Shown here in pieces: positions 46,103 to 57,762 of a DNA stretch of 64,000 nucleotides. Made by a program: the position numbers and the translations under genes. The stretch is from Myxococcales bacterium (GTDB taxonomy: Bacteria; Myxococcota; Myxococcia; Myxococcales; UBA5297), in assembly GCA_050942745.1 (NCBI GenBank), contig JBMNNX010000005.1:42-64041 (forward strand), written 5' to 3'. The stretch's first letter is position 1. Every line of letters begins with the position of its first letter. The notes under the pieces are model-generated. The model made no database searches and was not told where the DNA came from. It saw only the letters and a list, made by a program, of their open reading frames with translations.

Positions 46103-47103
46103 ACCCCGCCCTGCTCCTCGCGCTCGTAGCGCTCGCCGCGCCTGAGACCGGGCGGCTGGAGCTGCAGCGCTTCGATCTCGTCTTCACGCCGCGGGCCGAA
46201 GGGACCGCCGCGCTGCTGTCGCGGACCATCGAGGCCGAGCGCGACAAGCTCGCCCGCAGGCTCGGGCGCGACTGGGGTGGGCGCACCCTGGTGCTTATCG
46301 GCGACGGTCCCGACGAAGTGGCGGCGATGGCGCCCGCCGGGGTCGAGCCGCCGCGTTGGGCCGCGGGGATGGCCTTTTCCGGGCAGAACACGCTGCTCTT
46401 CGACGCCCGCGCCTTGCGCGCGGACACCGGGCGACAGCTGCTGCTCCACGAGATGGCACACCTCGCCCTCGGCCGCGCCGCGCCCGGTGCCTGGCCGCGC
46501 TGGTTCCAGGAGGGGTTCGCGATCCTGGTCGCCGGAGAGTGGTCGATGTCGCGCTACGCAGCGACCTACCGGGCCTCGCTCGGCGAGTCGGCGATTCCGC
46601 TCTCGGCGCTGGAACGTGGCTGGCCCGACCGGCTCTCCCAGGTCGAGGTCGCCTACGCCCAGAGCTACTCCTTCGTCTCGCACATCTACGAGAAGGGCGG
46701 CGAGGCGACCTTTCGGAGCCTCATCGACAAGGTCGCCGAAGGCGTGCCGTTCGCCGAGGCATTCCGCTCGGTCTATGGCGTCGGGCTCGAAGAAGAAGAG
46801 CAGGCTTGGAGAGAGACCCTCTCCTCGCGCTTCAGCTGGATCCCCCTCGTCACCAGCAACGCCACCTTGTGGGCGCTCATCAGCGCGCTCTTCATCTTCG
46901 CCTACCTGCGCGTCCGGAGGCGCCGACGGCTCCGGCTCGAAGCGATGGAGCTCGAGGAGCAGGCCAAGGAAGCGGCCTTGCGCATCGTCATGGCCGAAGC
47001 CGAGCGCGCGGCGGCTGCGGCCGCGGCGGCCGAGTCAGCATCCGCCCGAGTCGAGCAGCCGTCCGACGACGACGACGAGGAGCCGCCGCGCACCGTCCAC
47101 TGA
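46099..47103 (+). CDS. MA-clan zinc metallopeptidase-like membrane protein (HExxH)
   Basis: QLLLHEMAHLALG ... WFQEGFAILVAGEW matches the Peptidase_MA_2 pattern. A C-terminal TM helix (ATLWALISALFIFAYL) and an acidic tail follow. I propose a TTG start at 46099, overlapping the upstream stop. The start is the weak point of this call. Confidence 0.6.
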   Translation: MNPALLLALVALAAPETGRLELQRFDLVFTPRAEGTAALLSRTIEAERDKLARRLGRDWGGRTLVLIGDGPDEVAAMAPAGVEPPRWAAGMAFSGQNTLLFDARALRADTGRQLLLHEMAHLALGRAAPGAWPRWFQEGFAILVAGEWSMSRYAATYRASLGESAIPLSALERGWPDRLSQVEVAYAQSYSFVSHIYEKGGEATFRSLIDKVAEGVPFAEAFRSVYGVGLEEEEQAWRETLSSRFSWIPLVTSNATLWALISALFIFAYLRVRRRRRLRLEAMELEEQAKEAALRIVMAEAERAAAAAAAAESASARVEQPSDDDDEEPPRTVH

Positions 47104-47479
47104 AGCTCGATGCGCGTCCCGGGCATGTCCGGCCTTCCCGTGCGACGCCGACCGACACGGCGCCTGCCCCGACTCATCCGCGCGATCCTCGCCGCGCGCT
47201 GGCGGAAGCCGCCGGAGCGCGTTCCCGGCGCGCTCGAGGGCTTGTGGCGCCATCGACCGACCTTCGCCCCGGCGGCTCGGCGGCGAGGCAGCTCCACAGC
47301 GCCAGTCCTTCGTCGCCCGCGACTCCGCCTGCGAGCGAACGTGTCCTTCCGAGGGGCGAAGACGAAGGAAAGCGGATCAGCTTGGCCGCCGAAACCGGGT
47401 TCACTCGGAACGGCCGCCGAGAGAACGGGCTTGGGCATCCCCTGCCTTCGACCCGACCGAGTGGGGGCAATCGGCTTGT

Positions 47480-47700
47480 CGAGGGGGTCCGACCGCTTCG
47501 CCGAGGGGGTGCGATCGTTTCTACGAGGGGGTTCGGTCAGGTCATGGAGTGGGTGCGCCTGCCCATATGGGTAGTCCGCGATCAGTTCATCGGCAGGTGC
47601 GTTCGGTTCGTGGAGTGGGTGCGCCCGCCCATATTGGGTAGTCGCGATCGGTTCATCGAGGGGGTGCGCCCCGTTGGTCGAGGGGTCACGACTGCCCTTC
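47480..47700. repeat. Degenerate 22 bp tandem array (about 10 units), including a 66 bp-spaced pair of ~48 bp direct repeats
   Basis: CGAGGGGGT seeds occur at 47480, 47502, 47524 and 47657, with a near-copy at 47679. TGGAGTGGGTGCGCC(T/C)GCCCATAT(T)GGGTAGTC(C)GCGATC(A/G)GTTCATCG occurs at 47545-47592 and 47611-47658. The palindrome CCCATATGGG lies at 47562-47571. A hairpin ACTGCCC-ttct-GGGCAGT lies at 47691-47708. Confidence 0.7.
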
Positions 47701-47843
47701 TGGGCAGTGCAGACGACGCCCCGCGGACCCGCGCGCGCCTTCCGGCCAGGCCGACCGCACGCGCCGCACCCACCGCGTCCGGCCTCCAACCGCGCGATTC
47801 GCCGAAGCGCCAACTCTCGACCCTCGACCCTCGACCAGCGCCC

Positions 47844-48284
47844 TCACTCCCCCGACAGCTTCTCCAACAGCTCCTCGGTCCGCTTGACCCCGACGGTCCC
47901 GAGCGCTTGTCGCACGACCGGGTAGGCCTTGAGGATCGCCTCAACGGCGGCGCGCCCGAAGACGAGCAGGTCCGCCTCCTCTTCGACCGTCACCGTGGCC
48001 GAGCGCGGCTGGTTGGCGAGCACGGCCATCTCGCCGAAGAACGCGCCGCGCCCGAGCAGGGCGATGGGCTTGGCGGTCCCGAAGTCGTCGGCGGTCACCG
48101 CGACCCTGCCGCCGAGCACGACGTAGAACTCGTCGCCGTGCTCGCCTTCGCGGCAGATGACCTCGCCGGCGGGACAAGTGCGGCGCTCCGCCGATTCGAG
48201 CAGCTTTCTGCAGCCCGCTTCGTCGAGCAGCGAGAACAGCTTCGAGACCTTCGCAAGCTCCTCGGGCGTCGGCAATCCGCTCAT
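47844..48284 (-). CDS. Stand-alone cyclic-nucleotide-binding (CAP effector-type) domain protein (146 aa)
   Basis: GEVICREGEHGDEFYVVLGGRVAV ... GRGAFFGEMAVLANQPRSATVTV is the canonical cNMP-binding cassette. No output domain is present. A GGAGAA ribosome-binding site is present, 22 nt after the kinase stop. Confidence 0.85.
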   Translation of the reverse strand: MSGLPTPEELAKVSKLFSLLDEAGCRKLLESAERRTCPAGEVICREGEHGDEFYVVLGGRVAVTADDFGTAKPIALLGRGAFFGEMAVLANQPRSATVTVEEEADLLVFGRAAVEAILKAYPVVRQALGTVGVKRTEELLEKLSGE

Positions 48285-48306
48285 TTTCTCCCCCAGCGCC
48301 CAGCCG

Positions 48307-50067
48307 CTAGGCCGGGATCTTCAAGACGAACGTCGCTCCCTTGCCCGGCTTCGAACGCACGGAGACCTCGCCCCCGTGTTCCTCGACGATCTTCTTCACG
48401 ATGGCCAGGCCGAGGCCCGTGCCCTCCTTCTTGCCGGAGGTCACGAACGACTGGAAGAGCCGGTCGGCGATCTCGTCGGGGATGCCCGTGCCCGTGTCCG
48501 AGAGCCTGAAGACGACCCGGTCCGCCTCCTTGTCCACGCTGATCGTGAAGCGGCCGCCCTGCGGCATCGCCTGCGCCGCGTTGCGCGCGATGTTGCAGAT
48601 GGCGCGCTTGATCTTCGCCTCGTCCATGCGCACGGCGCCCTTGTAGGCCGCCTGGATGCGCAGCCCGATGCCCGCCTGCTTGAGGTCGCGCGAGAGAAGC
48701 TCGCCCACCTCGTCGAGAAAGGCGTTGAGGTGCACCTTGCGCAGCAGGATCTCCCGCTCGCCTCGCACGAAGGCGAGCGTCTCGCGGGCCATCGCGTTGA
48801 TGTGCTCGAGCTGCTTGAGGATCACCTCCGCCGAGCGGCGCCGCTCGTAGAGCTCGGCCTCTTCGGCCATCAGCTCGGCGTAGCCGCCGATGACGGTCAT
48901 CGGCGTGCGCAGGTCGTGGAGGATGCCCGCCAGCATCTGGCCGATCATCGCAAGGCGCGCCCGCCGCTCGCCCTCGTCGCGCTCGCGCGCCACGGCGACG
49001 GCCCGCGCCATCTGGCCGGCGATGAGCGTGGCGAGCCGCAGGTCGTGCTGATCGAAGCGCCCGTCGCCCTTTCGGTTGATGAGCTCGAGCGCCCCGACGA
49101 CGCGGGCGTCGGCCGCCAGGGGGACGCACAGCACCGAGCGGGCCGCAAAGCCGATGCGCCGGCCGATGCGCGGGCTGTGGAGGACGTTGCTGGAGACGTC
49201 GTTGGAGAGCACCGGCTCGCCGGTCTGCGCGACCCGGCCGGCGATGCCCTCGCCCAGCGGAAGCCGCAGGCTCTTGATCTGCGCGGCCTTGGCGCCGAGC
49301 GCGCTCTTGAAGTGCAGCGTCCCGTCCTCCTCTTGGAGCACCAGGACCGAGCCCGCCTCGGCGCCGATGACCTCGACCGCCTTGGCGAGGATGGCGTCGA
49401 GCAGGGACTCGAGCGTGCTGGCCGCGCTTATCTTCCTCTCAATGTCGTAGAGGACGTCGAGCTCGGCGACCGACTCGGCGAGCGCCTCCTTGGCCTGCAC
49501 CGCGTCGCGATAGAGCCGCGCGTTCTCGATGGCCACGCCCGACTGCGCGGCGATGGCCTCGAGCAGCTCGCGGTCCTCGACACCGAAGCGCGAGTGCCTG
49601 CGGTTGAGGGCCTGAATCGCGCCGATAACCTCGCCGCTGCGACCCCGGACGGGCACGACGACCATCGAGCGGGTGCGAAACCCGGTGACCCGGTCAACTC
49701 TGGGGTTGAACCGCGGGTCCTTGGCCGCGTCGTGGACGATGACCGGCTCGCCGTGGGCGCAGACCCAGCCGGCAATGCCCTCGCCCAGCGGCATCCGGAA
49801 CTCCTGAATCCCCTCGACGCCCTGCATCACCTTCGACCAGACCTCGCGCCGCGCAGGGTCCACCAGGAACAGCGACGAGCGCTCGGCCTGCAGCAGCCGG
49901 CTCGTGTGGTCGATGACCAGGCGCAGCACCTCGTCGAGGTCCAGGGTCGAGCCGATCGCCCGCCCGATGGCAAGGAGCGCATCCATTCGCTGGGCGGCGG
50001 GCTCCTTGCCCGCCCGAGCCCTTCGCGCCCGAGTTAAAGCGCCCACCACGCTCTGCGGCTGCGACAT
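48307..50067 (-). CDS. Cytoplasmic GAF-GAF sensor histidine kinase
   Basis: Two GAF-like regions precede the H-box LAGILHDLRTPMTVIGGYAELM. The HATPase_c blocks are NIARNAAQAM and FRLSDTGTGIPDEIADRLFQSF...GTGLGLAIVKKIVEEHGG. The start is at 50067 or 50097. Confidence 0.85.
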   Translation of the reverse strand: MSQPQSVVGALTRARRARAGKEPAAQRMDALLAIGRAIGSTLDLDEVLRLVIDHTSRLLQAERSSLFLVDPARREVWSKVMQGVEGIQEFRMPLGEGIAGWVCAHGEPVIVHDAAKDPRFNPRVDRVTGFRTRSMVVVPVRGRSGEVIGAIQALNRRHSRFGVEDRELLEAIAAQSGVAIENARLYRDAVQAKEALAESVAELDVLYDIERKISAASTLESLLDAILAKAVEVIGAEAGSVLVLQEEDGTLHFKSALGAKAAQIKSLRLPLGEGIAGRVAQTGEPVLSNDVSSNVLHSPRIGRRIGFAARSVLCVPLAADARVVGALELINRKGDGRFDQHDLRLATLIAGQMARAVAVARERDEGERRARLAMIGQMLAGILHDLRTPMTVIGGYAELMAEEAELYERRRSAEVILKQLEHINAMARETLAFVRGEREILLRKVHLNAFLDEVGELLSRDLKQAGIGLRIQAAYKGAVRMDEAKIKRAICNIARNAAQAMPQGGRFTISVDKEADRVVFRLSDTGTGIPDEIADRLFQSFVTSGKKEGTGLGLAIVKKIVEEHGGEVSVRSKPGKGATFVLKIPA

Positions 50068-50160
50068 GCCCGCAAGTATACGCCTGCCCGTTCCCATTCC
50101 CAGGAACGGTGTCCGGCCGCCACGAGCCGCAGGTCGGCCCGACCGCTCGAGCAGACGAGG

Positions 50161-52848
<2,688 letters not shown>

Positions 52849-52963
52849 GGCGGGTCGGAGGCTAGACAGGCCCTTCTCAAGGGGTCAAGCGGCGCTGTAT
52901 CTCGCCGCGGGGGGCGGCGATTGTGGTAAACCGGACGCTGGAAAATGGGAGCCGAGCGAGACA

Positions 52964-55900
52964 ATGGCCGAAAAACTTGGCGCAATCCTGGTCAGGAAGC
53001 AGCTCATCACGCAGGCGCAGCTCGACGAGGCGCTGAAGCTCCAGGTGATTTACGGGGGCAGGCTCGGCACCAACCTGGTAGAGCTCGGCTACCTGAACAT
53101 CGACGCGCTCGCCGAGACGCTCGGGGAGCAGCGGCGCACGCCGGTGGCCACGGTCGCCGAGTTCGAAGCTGTAACGCAGGGCACGCTCGACATGCTTCCC
53201 AAGGCGCTGGCCGAGAAACACACCGCGTTTCCGCTGCGCGCCGACGGTCGCAAGCTCGTCGTGGCCATGGCCAGCCCGTTCGACTTCGCGGCGACCGACG
53301 ACCTGGGGTTTTCGACCGGCTTCCGCATCATCGCGAAGATCGCGCCTGAGCTGCGGCTGCTCTACTACCTCGAAAAGCAGTACGCGATAGAGCGCAAGAC
53401 CCGCTACATCCGGCTTTCCGAGGATCCGGTCGGCGGTCCGCAGCGCGCGGCTCGACAGCCTTCCCAACCGGTCGATCGGCGCAGCCTCCTGCAGGGCGCC
53501 GGCGGAAACGATCCCTCCTCAATGCCTCCTGGCGGCCGGTTCGCGCCGCTCGCCCCGGGCGAAATTCTGAGCGAGGGCGACGGGGCCTACGACCCCACGC
53601 CGGGCTTCGCGCCCCGGGCCGCTGGGCCAAGCTCCGCCTCTGCTTCGCGGCGCGCGGCGCTCGGCATTGGAAGCGCTCCAGGTACCGGCGGCATGCCCGG
53701 CTATCCGCAGCAGGGCATGCCGCCCGGCTATCCGCAGCAGGGCATGCCGCCCGGCTATCCGCAGCAGGGCATGCCGCCCGGTTATCCGCCGCAGGGCTTG
53801 CCGCCCGGCTATCCGCAGCAGGGCATGCCGCCCGGCTATCCGCAGCAAGGGATGCCGCCTGGCTATCCGCAGCAAGGGATGCCGCCTGGCTATCCGCAGC
53901 AAGGGATGCCGCCTGGCTATCCGCAGCAGGGCATGCCGCCCGGCTATCCGCAGCAAGGGATGCCGCCTGGCTATCCGCAGCAGGGAATGCCGGCCGGCTA
54001 TCCACAGCAAGGGATGCCGCCTGGCTATCCGCAGCGGGGCATGCCGCCCGGTTATCCGCAGCAAGGGATGCCGCCCGGCCACCCGCAGCAAGGGATGCCG
54101 GGCTATCCGCAGCAGGGAATGCCGGGCTCCCCGCAGCAGCGAGCGCCGCTCGGCCAGGCGCAAATCGGTGCGCAAGCACATGCCCCCGCGGCGCCGGCCC
54201 CTTCAGCGGCCTCGGCTGCGCGGCGCGCAGCGCTCGGCCTTTCGGGTGGGCAGCCTGCTCCCCAGCCCCCGGCGCTCACGCCCCAGCCGGCTCGGGAGAC
54301 CACGCCAGCGGCCGCGCCTCCAGTCATCGCGCCGCCTGCGGCAAGCTCTCCGTCCGCCGCGCGAAGGGCTGCGCTCGGGCTACCGACGGGCAAGCCCGCG
54401 CAACCCGCGGGAGCGCCACCTGTTCTCGGCAGTGCGCCACCCGTCCTCGGCGGCGGGCCGCCCGTCCTTGGAGGGCCGCAAGCCCCTGGTGGCTTCACGC
54501 CTCCTGGACTGCCGGTTGACCGGGCCGCGCAAACCGCTTCGGCGTTGACTCCTCCGCCTCTTGCTTCGCCTGCGCCCGCGGCGGCGCAATCGGGCGGCGC
54601 GCCTGCGCCCGTGCCCGGCGCCAGCGCGGGCCCGCCGGTCCTCACGGGAGCGCCTGGAGCCAAGCGATCTGTCGCCATCGGCATTCAGCCTCCGAGGCCA
54701 ATCGAGACACCGCCCGTCACTCTCGTGATGCGCCAGGCGCCGCAGGGGACCTCTGGCGACGTGCCTTTGCTCACTCCGACTCCCCCGCCTCCGCCCGCGC
54801 CGGCAAGCGAGCCAGAGCCGATGCCGGACATCGAGCTGGACGCAACTGAGGAGGTGTGGCTCGAGCCGGAGGCGGCGGAAGCTGTCGAGCCAGGCGAACC
54901 GCCGGCGAGCACCCCGCCGACGCCCGTGCCGCCGCCTGCGCCGACGAAAGGCCCGGCGCCGTCCGAAGCGGCACAGGATGCAGCCGAGCCGCTGCCAGCC
55001 GCTGGCGACGCGCCAGCCGTAGCGCCCGGTTCGGCCGAGCCCGAGATCGAACCGCTCCAGAATCTGCCTTCTGGGGAAGCTGCTCCCTCCGCGGCCGAGC
55101 TCGAGGCAGCGTCGCCCGCGCCGAAGGAGCCCGAGGAAATCGAGCCTGTACCGCTGCTCATCGGAGGTGGTGGCGACTCGTGGGCCTCGTGTTTCGACCA
55201 GCCGACCGAGACTTCCGCCACCGTTGCGGCCGCGGGCGGACCGACTGAGGCACAGGCGTCTGCTCCGCAAGAGCCTGCCTCATCTGCCGAGGCTGATGCG
55301 AACGCGCCGGCGGCTGCCGGTTCGGCGCCGACCGACGGCGCCGCGCCTGGCGAGAGTCCCAGCGAATGGACCGCAGAGACGCCGTCCATGACTGGAAGCT
55401 CTGAGGCTGGTCCCGCTCAGCCGACCGAAGAGGTCTCTGTCGAGCTGGACGACCAGCCCGCCGGTTCCGCGGAGGCCGCTGCCGCGCCTCCGACGAGCGT
55501 CGGGACGCCGGAGATCGAAGCTGGCGCCGGCACCGAGAGTGGCCCGCTCGCGTCTGGGGCGCTCCTGGCCACGCCTGCCGACGAACCGGCCGTGCCCACA
55601 CCAATTGAGGCCATCGGCCAGGAAACGGTCCTCAGCCCGGCCGAGAACCAGGCCGAGAGCGAACCGCGACCTGAGGACGACGGCCTCTCCGCAGAGGTCG
55701 CCCCCGCGCCCATCGAGGACTTGCCTGCCGCGTCCTCCGGGGAGGCTGAGGCCTCGCCTGCCGAAACCGCTGCCCCTGCTCTCATCGATATCGAGCCCGA
55801 GGCGGTCGAGGAGGTTGCTCGAGCGACCAAGCCGGCGCAGGCAGACAGCTCGAGCGGCGACGCCGTGATGGAAGGCGCTGCAACTGCGGCCGCCGCCGCG

Positions 55901-57679
55901 CCCGCTCCGCTCGCGGATGCTCCCGGCTTGATCGAGGTTCCCGTCGAAGAGGCCACTTCAGCCGTGGAGACCGCGCCCGCGCCGCTCGCGGATGCTCCTG
56001 CCTTGATTGAGGTCCCCGTCGAAGATACCGCTTCAACAGTGGAGACCGCGCCCGCGCCGCTCGAAGACATGCCAGTCGAAGCTGCGGTACAAGCTGCTCC
56101 GCCGAGCGAAGACACGGGGCTGTCGTCCGATGCTCCCGCCTTGATCGACATCCCCGTCGACGAAGCGGCACCAGCGAACGAAGCCGAATCAGCGCCACTT
56201 GAGGATGCGCAGGTCGACATCGCGGTTCACGAAGCCGCCCCTGCGGACGTGGACACGGGCACGCCGCAGGCAGAGGCGCCGGTCAGCATCGAGGTCGATG
56301 AAGTCCCCTCGGCCGACCAAGCCGGGGGCGTGCTGCTCGAGGATGCCCAAGTCGAAGTCGCGACCGGGGCTGCTCCGGCCGGCGAGAACGCGCAAGCCTC
56401 TCCCGGGGCGCCACCCGCAATCGATGCCCCCGTCGCCGACGCGGCGCCAACAAGCGCGGAGGGACCCGCGCCGATCTCGGTTCCGCAGATCGAAGTCCGG
56501 TCTGCTGAAGTCCCGGCGTCGGCCGTCGCCACGGGCGCCGCCGAAGCAGCCCCGACCGACACCGCCGAAGCTGCCCCTGCTGCGAGTGTCGATGGCGTTG
56601 AGCCCGTGGGCGAAGTCGATGTCGCAGCTGATTCGAGCGCTGCTGCGCCAGTCGATCCCTCGACGTCGGCGAGCGACGCTGCGCCAGCCGGACTCGCCAT
56701 CGAGGAAACGCCTGAGGCCCTCCAAGCCGCGACCTCGCCGGCCGCCGATTCCTTGCCGGTCGCCCCTGTCAACGAACAGCAGGCGCCAGCCCCGGCAATG
56801 GGCGATTCGCCTGTCACAGGAGCGTCTGCTCCGTCCGGTGAAGGCACGACTGCGGCGCCACTCCCGTTGGCGCAAGACTGGTCTTCCGCGATCGATTCGA
56901 CTCTCGCCCCAGCCCCTGTGGCGGCGGGAACCGAGCCGTCGTCCGCCGGCCAACTCAGCGCTCCGCTCGCGCCAGAGGCGCCGCCAGCAGGAGCCGGCGA
57001 AGACCTCGCCTCTCCGGCTGAGCTGCTCGCCGCTGCCATCGCCGCCGGGCTCATTCCCGCAGAGCCTGAACCCGCCGCGCCTGTGGTCGCCGAGCCGGCG
57101 CCGGCGGTGTCGCAGCCGCTGTCGCTGCTCGAGATGCCCGAGCCCGCCGAGGACGGGCCCCCGGAGCCTGAGCCCGAATACCGTCCGCCCGCGGGGATGA
57201 TGCTCGTCGAGGAGCTGCTTGGCCGCGCGCCCGGCCGCGAAAAGCTCGCCGAGGCGCTCCTGTGGTTTGCAGAGGGTCGCTTCGTCACCGCGCTGATCTT
57301 CTCGGTCCACGGGCAGCATGCCGACGGGTGGCATGGTCAGGGCCCGTTCCTCGACCCCAAGGCAGTCAGCCGCCTGCGCCTGCCCATCGATCAGCCGTCG
57401 ATCGTCCAGGCCGCCATCGAGGCGCGCGCGCCCGTCATCCAGGAGGCTCCAAAGGCCTCGCTAGACAAGCGCCTGCTCGCCTTCATCGGCCACCATCCTC
57501 GATCCGCGGCGATCGCGGTTCCTATCCTCGCCAAGGAGACGGTGGTCAACGTCCTCTACGGGACCCGCGGCACCTACCCGCTGCGGGAGACCATCGGCGC
57601 CGAGCTCGAGCGCATCGCCAACAGCGCGACGCGGGCGTACGACCGGCTGCTGCTCATCCACCGGCGCATCGACGAGTAG
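52964..57679 (+). CDS. Giant MshEN (T2SS-E N-terminal, predicted c-di-GMP-binding) domain protein with a long disordered repeat region and a globular C-terminal domain (1571 aa)
   Basis: ATG at 52964 ([10 protein letters not shown]...). [24 protein letters not shown], the spacer VIYGG and [24 protein letters not shown] fit the tandem 24-residue MshEN motif with its 5-residue spacer. About 1200 aa of P/Q/G/A/E-rich repeats follow, then a ~170 aa folded C-terminus ([21 protein letters not shown]...[16 protein letters not shown]). Confidence 0.75.
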   Translation: MAEKLGAILVRKQLITQAQLDEALKLQVIYGGRLGTNLVELGYLNIDALAETLGEQRRTPVATVAEFEAVTQGTLDMLPKALAEKHTAFPLRADGRKLVVAMASPFDFAATDDLGFSTGFRIIAKIAPELRLLYYLEKQYAIERKTRYIRLSEDPVGGPQRAARQPSQPVDRRSLLQGAGGNDPSSMPPGGRFAPLAPGEILSEGDGAYDPTPGFAPRAAGPSSASASRRAALGIGSAPGTGGMPGYPQQGMPPGYPQQGMPPGYPQQGMPPGYPPQGLPPGYPQQGMPPGYPQQGMPPGYPQQGMPPGYPQQGMPPGYPQQGMPPGYPQQGMPPGYPQQGMPAGYPQQGMPPGYPQRGMPPGYPQQGMPPGHPQQGMPGYPQQGMPGSPQQRAPLGQAQIGAQAHAPAAPAPSAASAARRAALGLSGGQPAPQPPALTPQPARETTPAAAPPVIAPPAASSPSAARRAALGLPTGKPAQPAGAPPVLGSAPPVLGGGPPVLGGPQAPGGFTPPGLPVDRAAQTASALTPPPLASPAPAAAQSGGAPAPVPGASAGPPVLTGAPGAKRSVAIGIQPPRPIETPPVTLVMRQAPQGTSGDVPLLTPTPPPPPAPASEPEPMPDIELDATEEVWLEPEAAEAVEPGEPPASTPPTPVPPPAPTKGPAPSEAAQDAAEPLPAAGDAPAVAPGSAEPEIEPLQNLPSGEAAPSAAELEAASPAPKEPEEIEPVPLLIGGGGDSWASCFDQPTETSATVAAAGGPTEAQASAPQEPASSAEADANAPAAAGSAPTDGAAPGESPSEWTAETPSMTGSSEAGPAQPTEEVSVELDDQPAGSAEAAAAPPTSVGTPEIEAGAGTESGPLASGALLATPADEPAVPTPIEAIGQETVLSPAENQAESEPRPEDDGLSAEVAPAPIEDLPAASSGEAEASPAETAAPALIDIEPEAVEEVARATKPAQADSSSGDAVMEGAATAAAAAPAPLADAPGLIEVPVEEATSAVETAPAPLADAPALIEVPVEDTASTVETAPAPLEDMPVEAAVQAAPPSEDTGLSSDAPALIDIPVDEAAPANEAESAPLEDAQVDIAVHEAAPADVDTGTPQAEAPVSIEVDEVPSADQAGGVLLEDAQVEVATGAAPAGENAQASPGAPPAIDAPVADAAPTSAEGPAPISVPQIEVRSAEVPASAVATGAAEAAPTDTAEAAPAASVDGVEPVGEVDVAADSSAAAPVDPSTSASDAAPAGLAIEETPEALQAATSPAADSLPVAPVNEQQAPAPAMGDSPVTGASAPSGEGTTAAPLPLAQDWSSAIDSTLAPAPVAAGTEPSSAGQLSAPLAPEAPPAGAGEDLASPAELLAAAIAAGLIPAEPEPAAPVVAEPAPAVSQPLSLLEMPEPAEDGPPEPEPEYRPPAGMMLVEELLGRAPGREKLAEALLWFAEGRFVTALIFSVHGQHADGWHGQGPFLDPKAVSRLRLPIDQPSIVQAAIEARAPVIQEAPKASLDKRLLAFIGHHPRSAAIAVPILAKETVVNVLYGTRGTYPLRETIGAELERIANSATRAYDRLLLIHRRIDE
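53690..54139 (+). repeat. In-frame 27 bp tandem repeat, 17 units, encoding GMPPGYPQQ
   Basis: The run is 450 nt of near-identical GGCATGCCGCC(C/T)GGCTATCCGCAGCA(G/A) units: one 8-codon unit, fourteen 9-codon units and two 8-codon units. It lies inside the MshEN-domain CDS. Confidence 0.95.
55898..56170 (+). repeat. In-frame 75 bp repeats encoding acidic APAPLADAP(G/A)LIEVPVE(E/D)...VET units
   Basis: Units at 55898-55972 and 55973-56047 are near-identical. Degenerate copies follow ([12 protein letters not shown]..., [12 protein letters not shown]...). Confidence 0.8.
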
Positions 57680-57762
57680 ACGCAGGCATTGGCCAGAGGC
57701 CCAAAAGAGGGCCCCGAGCTCCATGCTCGGGACCCTCAGCGTCTCAGCGGCGCAAGCCCGGG

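Noticed and set aside
47480-47700. A 22 bp / 66 bp repeat array considered as a CRISPR array or as a coding repeat (ORF 46902..47813(-), 303 aa, translates it as AHPLDEP.../AHPLHEP... repeats).
   Set aside because: The repeats abut one another without unique spacers of CRISPR size, and no cas genes are nearby. The spanning ORF is otherwise Arg-rich junk that runs antisense into the 3' end of the peptidase gene. I report it as a non-coding repeat.
53690-54139. A regular 27 bp repeat array that could superficially be taken for a CRISPR array.
   Set aside because: The units are contiguous with no spacers. They are exactly in frame within a long ORF encoding GMPPGYPQQ. No cas genes or leader are present.
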